From: Octopus bimaculoides
Taxonomy: Eukaryota
Direction: 5' to 3'
Assembly (NCBI RefSeq): GCF_001194135.2
Contig: NC_068984.1
Span: 63,927,842 to 63,991,841, forward strand
DNA length: 64,000 nt
This document shows positions 52,562-64,000 of this stretch, piece by piece. A program made the position numbers and the translations under genes. Position 1 is the stretch's first letter. Every line of letters begins with the position of its first letter. The notes below the pieces were generated by a model. The model ran no database searches. It was not told the origin of the DNA and saw only the letters and a list, made by a program, of their open reading frames with translations.

Positions 52562-52624
52562 CACTCTCTCTCTCTCCCTTTCACTCTCTAACTATATATT
52601 TATTCTTTTTATTGTTTTAGTTAT

Positions 52625-52800
52625 TTTACAGCGGTCATGCTGGGGCACCGACCTCAGGACTTATTCTTCGTAAGCCTAGTATTTATTCTATCGGTGCTTT
52701 TGCCGAGCCGCTACCTTATGAGGACGTAAAAACGAGAACATCGGTTGGCAAGCGATGTTGTGGGGACAAACAGAGACACAATGAGACACACACATAAATA
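52625..52800 (-). mobile_element. SINE family A, 3' module
   Basis: cagcggtcatgctggggcaccg...taagcctagtatttattctatcggtgcttttgccgagccgcta...catcggttggcaagcgatg. Confidence 0.85.
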
Positions 52801-52829
52801 TATGCATATAGAAATATATATATACATAC

Positions 52830-52896
<67 letters not shown>

Positions 52897-53877
52897 TACA
52901 CACACATATAATATATATATATATATACATATATTGACAAACTCAGGAAAACATTCCCTGAAATGAATGTGTGAAACATCCAATTCACTGATACGTCAGT
53001 TGAATACCTTATAATTATGGGTATAATGCAAATTAAAAAGATAAAATTATATACAGAGATATAAGTGACAATCCAACAATTTATTTATAGTATAACATAA
53101 TCTACTATGAATATAATATAACATAATACAAGATAACATACACAATTATAAAAACATCTATAAACAATTATAAAAACATCTAAAGACAAATATACATTTT
53201 TTGATATGTAAACAATTCCCAGATATATAACCCTCATCAGAGGCAGAGTTTAAAGATAGACGATATTCAGCGTGAAAGAGCGGCTGGATTGTAAAAATTA
53301 ATTCAAATGCCTATGTATTAAGAGTCTGACTGTTACCTATTCAGTTGTATATCAATTACAATTAAAAAGACAGCAACAATCTTAACGGACAAAATAAGTA
53401 AGTGTAATGTACAACTATCGAGATATATTTGTATATACCTCAATATTAATCCAAACTCGTTTATGTCTAAGAGAATCTTTCGCTGTTATAACATACAACA
53501 ATGATATAGATATAACTAAGTACCAGGGTCTTGCATTATCTAGAACTGTAATAAAAATGTGTAAAAAAATATAAATGATAATTATATCTTTAATATAAAG
53601 TTATTGATATAAAAACAATATTGTTTAAAGTAACTAGTAGGAATGTTCTATAATCATTGTTTATCAGAGGGATAATTCCGTAATAAATATAAATACAAAC
53701 CCAATAACATTTTTCTTTATTTACTTAATTTATCGTCGGAAGAATTCAGTAATAAATATGAAGATGAACTTAGGGCTGCAAGCACTATAAATTAAATACC
53801 CTATAGATATAGAGTTTTAAGTATATTAGTAGAGATACCCCGCATTGCTTGGGATTGAAATTGAACTGTTTTTTTTA

Positions 53878-54205
53878 TTCTTTTGCTTATATCAGTGATT
53901 TGACTACCACCATGCTGAAGCACCGGTTTTAGTCGAACAAATCGATCCCAGGACTTTTTCTTTGTAAGCCAAGTACTTGTTCTATCGGTCTAAATTTGCG
54001 GGGTCGTAAACACACCAACATCGGTTGTCAATCAATAGTAGGGGTAGAAACGCAGACACAAACCACTCTCACACAAACAAACACACACACACACACACAC
54101 ACANNNNNNNNNNNNNNNNNNNNNNNNNNNNACATATATACATATATACGATGGACTTCTTTCGGTTTCCATCTACCAAATCCACTCACAAGGTTTGGTC
54201 GGCAA
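53878..54205 (-). mobile_element. SINE family A
   Basis: catgctgaagcaccgg...gtcgaacaaatcgatcccaggac...ccatctaccaaatccactcacaaggtttggtcggc. Confidence 0.85.
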
Positions 54206-54208
54206 GTG

Positions 54209-54239
<31 letters not shown>

Positions 54240-54749
54240 GATACATACATACATACATGCATGCATACATACATACATACATACTTACACACACACTCGC
54301 ACATACATGCATATGGACGCCTAAAACAGGTATATACACACATATACAAGCCTATATCAATAAACACCCCCAAAAGATACATACTTACGCAGAACCTATG
54401 CATCTACATACACGTACAAGATATGAAGCCTTTCAGCGAGGTCTGTCGATACATGAATAATATCAAAAGACGGTGAGCTAGAAGCAAATCTATACACACA
54501 AACCTAAATTTAATTACATAGCTTACATGCACTTACAAGATTTTAGGCGTATCAGTATTCGTAGATCGAAGTTAAAAACATTTACGCATATACATACATG
54601 TCAAATATGTGCGGCTTCATAGACCGCATTTAGATACGTCACCTCTGCCATTCCCCAAGAAGATATAAATATAAATGTAGACTTCCTTACTGACTCATAT
54701 ACATACCTGAATATATATATAAATATATACACACACCACTCTATACATG

Positions 54750-54816
<67 letters not shown>

Positions 54817-56091
54817 CTTACAAATATAGCCACACACATATGTCTTTGTGTGTATGCGTGTGTGTATACCTACAGCTACACTGAAGAATACTAACTTGTT
54901 GATAGTTAGTAATTCATTAATACTGGAATTTGTGTATTAATTACGATCACCTCTAGCAATGTGTATAGGTTGTAACTTAATGTTCATGGAGCAGTACATG
55001 GGAAATCCTTATCGACAGATTATTTCAAATTGGAGGTCAGGTGGTCGTTCCGCGAGGATATTCTGCTGCGAACGTAACTCGAGAGTGTATAGTCCTCTGG
55101 GGTGGGGTTAGTAATTCCAGAGTGTTTTTTGGGGGGAGGAAATTTGGTGCCTTAGTTAGGACAGCTGTAATATTTCGGCTAGTGGTAATTAACGACTAAC
55201 AAACATAAACAAGAAAGGGTAGGAACATCGCTAAACGCAACGTATGGTGTAAGACTGGATGAATTAAATTTAAGAAAACGGTAGATTATCAAGTTACTGG
55301 ATCTTCGAGCGCAAAACATCGTTGGAAATATGTCGTAGCATGAGATACGAAGGTCTAATGTTTCCGTCAAACACACATTTCTTTCTTCAGTAAATACTTT
55401 AAAAAAAAGAAAGAAAAGGAAAAATGTTCATGAATTTTATCAGCATACTGGGAAACCTATCTCTTTTGATATTAAATTCATCAAGAGAACATCTATAATA
55501 CCAGCATGATTAGTTTATCGTTCACTAAGCAGTAAAATCAATGCGTATGGACATTTAACATTGTATCTGAGATACAATTGGGGTAGAAGTTATCATCAAA
55601 CCTGTAGTCTGACCTGAGTATTTGTAAACGAAGGTACTCCGCTAAACGCAACCTATAGGTGGGTTGATGGTGTAAGACCGGACGACTTAAATTTATAACA
55701 AAGTTAGAACATCGCATAACCGGATCTTCAAGCGGAAAACACCTTAGCAAATACGTTGATGCAACGCGTCTGGAGGTTTAAAGTTTCCGGTAAACCATCG
55801 GTTTGAATTTCCACTTGTATATATACGCCGAATACATCAACCCTTTGCCTGTCCAAAGCCTTTTCTTAAGTCTCTTTTAAGCTTCATGTTATTTTATATA
55901 TTTTCCTCTTTTTTTTGTGAAGGTTCAGTTAACCCTTGTTTCACTTGCTTCATGCGTTCTGAGTCATATAACACCTTTTCCACGTGTGTTATTACTCTTT
56001 TGGTTAAAAACATTGAGAATGACTATCGCATATGATGCATGAACACAAGATAAATATGTCCTGTTTCTCACATGTGATATACAGAAACGGA

Positions 56092-56437
56092 AGGTGTGGC
56101 TATGGCGCAAGCGTAGCTGTGTGGCAAGAAGCCTGCTTCCCAACCACATTGTTCCGGTTCAGTCCCAATATATAACACCTTGTACGATAGCCTCGGCGAC
56201 CAAAACCTTGTGGGTGGATATAGTAGACGGCAACTGAAAGACGCCTATCCTATATATGTGTGTATGTGTATGTATCTATACGTGTGTAAATTGTATCTGT
56301 ATATGTCCCCAACGAATGCTTGATGTGATTACATTCCCATAACTTAGCAAGTCGGCCAAAGCGACCGACAGATTAAGTACTGAGATTAAAATAGAAAATC
56401 ATGGGGTCGACTTGTTCAAGTAAAATACTTGAAGGCG
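56092..56437 (+). mobile_element. SINE family A
   Basis: ggcgcaagcgtagctgtgtggcaagaagcctgcttcccaaccacattgttccggttcagtccc...ggggtcgacttgttcaag. Confidence 0.85.
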
Positions 56438-56534
56438 CATCAACAGAGACTTACATACAGCGAGACAAAAAGAGATATCTGTTCAAACTCCCGCAGTTAA
56501 GTCCTAAAGATTGTAATTAAATTACAATTGATTC

Positions 56535-56735
56535 TAAGAAGGCGAGTAAGGAGAATCGTTATCACGACGGGCAATAATGCTTAGAGGCATTTCCTCAGCC
56601 ATACCTTCTGAGTTCAAATTCCTCTGCGGTCGACTTTACCTTTCTTCTTTTCGAGATTGATAAGGTAAATACCAGTTGAGCACTGGAGTCGACAACTCCT
56701 CCAAAACTTGCCGGCCTTAGGCCAAAATTTGATGT
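56535..56735 (+). mobile_element. SINE family B
   Basis: aaggcgagtaaggagaatcgttatcacgacggg...ttctgagttcaaattcctctgcggtcgac...accagttgagcactggagtcgac. Confidence 0.8.
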
Positions 56736-57242
56736 TCATCTACTTTAAATTCTTTGTGTGTGTGTGTGTGTGTGCTGTTGTTGTTGTTTTCTGGTAATGT
56801 TGCCGTGTATGTTCGCACTCAAAAGTTCAGAGGGAGCATTAGTCTAGCTAGTATAACTGATTTTAAAAAGCAGTGAGCTAGTTATGCACTAATATATGGA
56901 TAACTTTTCAGGATAATCTTTGTCATTCGGTATATGAAGAGAATAAACATTTACATACATACACATACACTTATGTTTGTAATCTGCATCGAGCTGTTGG
57001 GTTCCTTCGTCTTTTTCGTGCTTAACTTCGTTTCCATGGTGTATAATCAACTGAGAATACAATAATCGTCTTCTCTAAACAGAATTCCAGTGTGTTGCAA
57101 AGTTAACTACCAGAAGCCGTTGGTGGTCACTTTCAGACCACTGAAGGTGTATAACATGAAATGTATTTTAAAGAAGAACACGCCACAACTCTCTTCCTGG
57201 TAATTGTAGCAAATACCAAAGAATTTTGAATCTAAAGATTTT

Positions 57243-57620
57243 TATATTTACTAGCTTCAGTCATTGCACTGTTCCTGCTGGAGTACCGCTTTGTAGAATT
57301 TAAATCGTACTATTTGATCTCTGTACATATATTTTAAAGTATCGTACTTATCCTGTTAGTCTCCCCTTACGAGTACGTAAACAAGGTGACATCAGATGTT
57401 AAGCGGCTGCGAGGGACAGACACGAATACAAAGATACACACACACACATAGATCACGTAGATACAATTGTGCATATATATTCGATAGGTTTCTTTCAGTT
57501 TTCGTTTACCAAATCTACTCATAAGGCTTTGGTTGGTCCGGGTCAATAGCAGGAGACACTGGCATCAGGTGACATGCAATGGAACCACTAGGAACTAGGA
57601 ACCACATAGATGGGAAGCAA
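57243..57620 (-). mobile_element. SINE family A
   Basis: gcttcagtcattgcactgttcctgctggagtaccgc...tttctttcagttttcgtttaccaaatctactcataaggctttggttgg...accacatagatgggaagc. Confidence 0.85.
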
Positions 57621-57726
57621 ACGTCTAAACACACAGCTACATACACACGCGCGCACACACAGAGACTCACACAAACAAACACATTCATATATGTACACAC
57701 ACGCACACAAACATGCACATATATAT

Positions 57727-57815
<89 letters not shown>

Positions 57816-60339
57816 TGCTATTAAAGTTTTTCTAAGTATAGCTGAGCGGATTCTTTTCTTTCGAACGTGATCAACATGTTTATTTTTGAAGAGAGAGTTT
57901 ATGCTTTTGTACGTCCAACAGATTATCAACAGTTACAGGCATTCAAATAATTTAATAACTTCTTTATTTCCGCTTGTTTTCCTAAAATTTCCCTAATTCG
58001 CGTAAGCATTTATTATGTTCGCAAGAAGGAAGTAGTGATAACAGCATTAAATCCCTACCATTCCTCTATAGTTGTCAGGATTATATTTTTCAATTTTTGT
58101 AACGCTTTTCCTCTAATTTGATATTCATTTTCATTTCTATCCAACAACCATAGTTGAAATATTGTCAGATTTTCAATGTAAACAAAAGTCGAAAATTGTA
58201 TGGCTCATATTTCTTTTACTAATTGCATGCAACCTATAATATTCTCTCCTTATACGTACATAGATGGGGTATAGACTGTAATAATACCACACGCTATATA
58301 CACTGGTGGTAATTTAAGCTTCCATTATTTACCATTTCCAATATCCTCACTTTTAATCACACATTCAGAATAGATATTTGTTTATTAAATTTTAGATATG
58401 AAAGTGGTGTAAGAATTAAACCTGTTTACTTGTCTTGTCCTGTTTTATTTAGTGTAATTCTTAATATGTACAATGCTTAATATTTCGGAAACTTATATGT
58501 TGATCTCATGACAAGTATTTTATTTGTATTATGAATACGATATTTAGTAAGTATCGTTCAATTTCTATTGTCATTATTGCATCGCATCAAGGAAGGAAAA
58601 TGTGTAAGTAAACAATAGACAACAGATAATTTAATAGAATATTTCTAACGTTCCACAAATGTTGGAGTTCGTTTGAATTGAATTAATAGTAGCATAATTT
58701 CTGGAAATTGATTAAAATATCTTTGCTTATTCCCCATCATTGAATGCTCGTTGTAGTGTACAAAATGTGATTCCTAGAACCTCGTTATATGCACACATGT
58801 GCAGAGAAAATATAAGGAACTAAAACGGAAATTAAAGCATCAACCACATAACATCTTAATAGGTACACTAAGTGAAGCTATTAACAGCTGTACATTTTTT
58901 ATCGAATTTTGATCGATTTCTATAAGATATTTCGGATTATTTTTCCTGCTAATTTGTGGTATAATTCTTGGTACGTTTCTGGTCTACTTAACGCATAGAA
59001 ATCTATCATGCTCAATAATTTTCAAATCTAACATACCGTCCCAACAAAAAACTGGGCATATACTATTTAAACATAGACGTTTTATATAAAATTTACTGTC
59101 ATCTTATTGTCAAATATCGCCATTGATTTCATCAAGCTGAAATTAAAATGAAGATGCCAAGCTGGCATCCACTATGATTTCAGAAGTAAGCTATTTTATC
59201 ACTGGATAAATTATTTCATTTGTGTTGATTGTCTCTTGTGTATGGTTTTCAAACTTTTCAGAACTCAGAATACATATAGGCAGGCCATTGCACCCCAAAG
59301 GGAAATACTTAAAAATGAATTTGATAGATTTAGACAAATAAAATAGATATTAAGAATTAAATGTCCAAATATACGCGTATCTAAGGACACGTAGTTACCA
59401 GTACAGAGATTGAACTTTGTGCGAGAATTAGGAATTTGAGTTAAGATATGAACGTATGTTATACATCCTGATATAATTTCCCTGCTCCATTTAAAATCAC
59501 ATCGTATACATTTTTAGTTTTTAATCTATTTTCATTTTTCAGGCTAAGCAGAGTAAAATATTTTCTATCCTCATTACATTAACTAAGTAAAAAACTAAAT
59601 CATGATTTAGTGATTGAAGTAATTTCCATGTAGTTAAACTCTGAGACTTTTCGGTTAATTCCATGTAGAAAATAATTTTATTCTATTTCGGAACATATGG
59701 AGATAAAGAAATTCTGTTGCTTCGTTGATCTATCTAGAAACGGTAACATGAGTTATCCAAATTATATCCACCAAATAAACAAATTAAATCATATTCAATA
59801 CACTAGCTAAAAGGATGGGAATTTAAACCAACCAGATACTAGTAATTAACTAAGACTTAGTCATTTCCATTATTCACCACATTCTAATGACTACTTGTAA
59901 GTAAATGGCAGTGTCACACAATGCCAGTAATACATTATAGTCAAAAACTGTTTAGCACGCAATTTAATGCATTGCACTGCATGTTTGAGAATCGTTGTTT
60001 TGTTGTTGTTTTTTTTTAAATATGACATTCATAAAAAAAGGAAAACAAAATTTTGTTCAATCTTTATTCATAATGTGTCGATAAATCTTTATATTGTACT
60101 AAACGATTCCAGACAAGCTATTTAAGGCAGAGACACTTGTCAGCGACTCAAAAGAATGTAAATAAGTGATGCGAAAATTGAAATCATAGCCGTCATATAT
60201 TTATGCNNNNNNNNNNNNNNNNNNNNNNNNNNNNNNNNNNNNNNNNNNNNNNNNNNNNNNNNNNNNNNNNNNNNNNNNNNNNNNNNNNNNNNNNNNNNNN
60301 NNNNNNNNNNNNNNNNNNNNNNNNNNNNNNNNNNNNNNN

Positions 60340-60390
<51 letters not shown>

Positions 60391-60527
60391 ACATGACAAG
60401 TGGTATTAGAATACCTAAAGTGCTAGAAATAAGAGCTAAAGTGCTCTGGTGCTGCAATAAACGCACATAATTGTATACATAAATACTGATAGCGTCTGTA
60501 AACGGTCGAAAGTGGGAGTCGTGATAT

Positions 60528-60578
60528 CTCTGTACTGTCGACGGTTTCGGCCCTCAAATTGAAGCCTCATCAGCAGAG
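60528..60578 (-). ncRNA. Type I hammerhead ribozyme, apparently intact
   Basis: Minus strand: CUCUG [CUGAUGA] GGCUUC-AAUUU-GAGGGCC [GAAA] CCGUCGACAG UA^ CAGAG. Stem I is CUCUG/CAGAG, stem II closes with G-C, stem III is near-palindromic (ACCGUCGACAGU), and the cleavage triplet is GUA. Confidence 0.8.
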
Positions 60579-60907
60579 TCGGCACAACCCACTAGGTTCC
60601 GGACGTGATCACCAGCTGTATATATGTCTACTCCATAGAAATCTATGGATGGTTTATCGAATCGCTAATGAGTATACAACTAATTAAATTAGGCAGTTGT
60701 TTATCAATGTATCATCAAATAGGAAAATTATAATTGTCATTAAATGCAACGGAAGATTTTAGAAAACCTACAATGCTAAAAATAAGAGCTAAATTCCTTT
60801 GATGCAGCCATCAACGCACAAAATTGTATAGATACGTACTAACAGCGACCGTAAATGGCCGAAAGTGACAGTCGTGATATCCCTGTGCCATCGACGAGTA
60901 GTGCCGA

Positions 60908-60958
60908 CCCTGCTGATGAAACTTTGGTCTTAAAACCTAAACCGTCGATGGTACAGGG
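60908..60958 (+). ncRNA. Degenerate type I hammerhead (G12>U, stem II disrupted)
   Basis: CCCUG [CUGAUGA] aacuuuggucuuaaaacc [UAAA] CCGUCGAUGG UA CAGGG. Stems I and III are intact, but the core GAAA is mutated. Confidence 0.7.
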
Positions 60959-62159
60959 ATATTACGGCTGACACATTCGACCGTTTACAGTCGCTGTGAA
61001 TATGTATAAAATTATGTGCGTTGGCTACATCATCAGAGCACTTTACTTCTTATTTCTAGCATTGTTGGTGTTCAAACACCTTCTGTCATATTTAATGAAT
61101 ATCAAAGCATTCCTTCTGGGTGATAAATTGCTAAAAAGCTGCCTAATTATATGCGTGTGTGTGCGAGCGGCTGCGTGGGAGTGTGTAATTATGTGTAGAT
61201 TTGCAAACTGTATTTTACGTAAAAATCTCGGTCTCTGATATGATAAAATTAGTTCACCTATTGGAAGCTACACACAATTATAATAATCTTATTGATACTT
61301 TTCATTTCTGTCAATTTTTCTTTATCGTGCGAGTCTCAATATTTTCACAGCATTTAAACTCAAATAAATCACTAGTTAACTGTTATATAACAGTAATACA
61401 TAAGAGCACATTCTATTGAAGATTTTATCAGGGTTTCGGTTTAGCTGAGAACAACTCTGATCGAGCTGACCTATGTTCAAAATAAATCGGTTAGTGACAA
61501 TATCTACATATTTTAAAATTTGAGACACCTTTCTTTATTCGTGTTTGTTCTTTAACACGGCAAGGTATGGTTCGAGACAGACTTCTTTACTTGTTTATAG
61601 CTTAAATACAAATACACAAGAGTGTTTATGTTAATAATCTTCGCATCATTGTAAATGTTGAACCACATTAAATAATTACCGAACTGTGACTTAATAGCAA
61701 ATATCTTTCATTATAATTACAAGCAAATACAGTAAGTGTTATAATTTACAATTATAAGACAAAATAATCCTTCGGTGGGCATGTAATGAATACTTATGTA
61801 TGTAGTTTCAGATCGTGAGCACAATTCTCATTATCAAATGAAATATAGAAAACAGATGCATAATGATATTTCCCAGAAAGCATACGTTACATATATATAT
61901 ATCTACTTACACATGTGCGTGTACGCACGCACAAACTCACACACAGACATACAGAGGTTATGCGCGTGCTCAATCGTTTCGTACGTTGGAGTCTCAATCC
62001 TTCCAGCTGTCACATTCCCGATCTTGCTTTAGATGAAGGGCGAGAGTGCTAAGTGTGTGTCAATGCGTCTTCTTTACTACATATGCAAGCGCACATTAAT
62101 AAATTAGCGAAATTGTATCATACTAGCAAGCGAGTAACGGTGATATACACATACATATG

Positions 62160-62202
<43 letters not shown>

Positions 62203-62625
62203 GAATATATACATACGTAAATATATATTCGTATGCACATATACATATTTGCATATATGCATTTTATTATACATACATATATATATATATATAAATGTGT
62301 ATATGTGTTTGTGTGTGCATAGATAGGAAAATTTGCGTGTATATGTACTTGTATGCGTCTATTCGAAATTCGTATTCTATGCCGCATTCAAACTTAAGCA
62401 CTGATTCATACGTTACACAGATACGTAAAAGCACCACTCAATATATGTAGAAGAATTCATAGGCAAGCAACATTTTATGTGTGTGTATTTTTGTGTTTGT
62501 GAGTGTGTATTGCGTGCTTTGTAAGCGTATGTCTTTGTGTGTGTGAGTTTATGCATTTACATGTATGTATACTATGTGAGTACTCGTATGTGTATTCATG
62601 TATGAGCATTCATGTGTGTTTGTTC

Positions 62626-62676
<51 letters not shown>

Positions 62677-63232
62677 AACACACATGCATACATACATACA
62701 TACATACATACATATGTACATGCATACATACATATATACGAACACAACTTATATGAATATAGAAACTGTTCTCTACAATTGTGTATATATCTTTAGTTGA
62801 AGCAAATCAATATATCAGAGGTTGACTTGATGTATGACATCTACTACATAGTGGCTGCTATTATCGATCGGTAAATATCAGAGCATATTGTTAAGAGAGT
62901 GGGACGCGGCAAACACAGACGATCAATCTCTCCTCTTTTATATCATACATATTTTCCACTATGCATATTACCGCTTTGCTGATATTTCAATTTCCTGCAC
63001 CCACTATACAATTTATACGCACTGCATTCTTTCATTTTCTCCGGTCTTTTGTAAAATTCTTCATTTCAGCTCTCCATCTTATTCATTCGAATTTTAGAAA
63101 ATGTATCTCTCTTAGGTCTTAATTGTGTAGTGGGCCCAGTTTAGCTATTTCGGATATTACACCAAATAAATTTCACCATATAAAAATATGAAGAATATTT
63201 TAAAGAATCGTATCGCTCGCACAGTAAAAGGA

Positions 63233-63278
<46 letters not shown>

Positions 63279-64000
63279 TAAGAAATTGTTTTGAGAAATA
63301 TACGGGAAAATCAATTAAAAGTAGACATATGATTATATTGCTTTTAGAGTGAGTGGTGTATGTTGGCCAAAGTATCAACGTTTCTTGTAAATCTTCCTTA
63401 TTAAAATAGTAGTGATCTAATATATTACATACAGTCATATGTTTAAAATATCTCTTTTAATCTACATGTCACTTTCACCTTCCTCTCTGAATATATGACC
63501 CCTGTCATGTATTATGCATGTGCTTCCATTTACAGCAAAAATTATATATACCCATATAGATACAAGTGAGTATATAGGTATGCGTATGCATACATATATG
63601 TGTGTATTGGTGTATTTGTGTTTGTGCGTGTGTGTATATACGTTATGTACGCGCATAAAACGTACATATGTACTGGTTTATGATCGCAAAAACTTTGAGT
63701 GGTTAGCGATTGGATGGTTACCCGGATGAAAGGAATTATGTTCCTGCCACAGTTAATCTCACTTCCATCAAATACTGAAAAGTTTGGTGAGCTCATGGAT
63801 TCTAAAATAACAAAAACAAATGCTTCTCATAGCACAGAGGCATTAACACGCTGTTTGCATCTCGGTGAAACTGGGAACTATAAACTTTAAAATCTACCTA
63901 GTTATTGTATACTGCTTTACTTCAATTATAACTTGTGCATCCAAACCACATAATCTTAAAACGTGGAAGCTCAAATCAAATCTAAATCAATCGTGTCTAC

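Larger units (their letters stand above)
60404..60997. mobile_element. Hammerhead-bearing repeat cluster (Penelope pseudo-LTR or retrozyme-like): direct repeats 60404-60543 and 60758-60896 plus inverted arm 60900-60997
   Basis: Direct and inverted repeats aligned by eye, with hammerhead cores in two of the copies. Confidence 0.75.

Overview
AT-rich, microsatellite-dense eukaryotic genomic DNA from a gapped draft assembly (many N runs, e.g. 24194-25162). The repeat complement (two recurrent tRNA-type SINE families, (TA)n/(TACA)n/(TAA)n tracts) points to an octopus genome; this is inference, not a database result. Most long ORFs in the supplied track are microsatellite or N-gap artefacts. Solidly supported content is mobile DNA: a 5'-truncated RTE LINE with a 7-bp target-site duplication (19069-21625); a long decayed R4/Dong-type LINE beside a (TAA)n tract (11005-14215) plus further R4-type pieces in microsatellites; three mariner remnants, one with 30-bp TIRs; a Merlin/IS1595-like transposase remnant; a Penelope-like GIY-YIG tail; and about 17 SINE copies. 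The most notable signal is a roughly 600-bp repeat cluster at 60404-60997. It holds one apparently intact type I hammerhead ribozyme (minus strand), a second mutated hammerhead in an inverted arm, and a 353-nt repeat period, resembling a retrozyme or Penelope pseudo-LTR. Many short + strand segments with canonical splice signals chain in compatible phases, suggesting an unidentified multi-exon host gene or lncRNA; these exon calls are low confidence and I do not recognise the protein.
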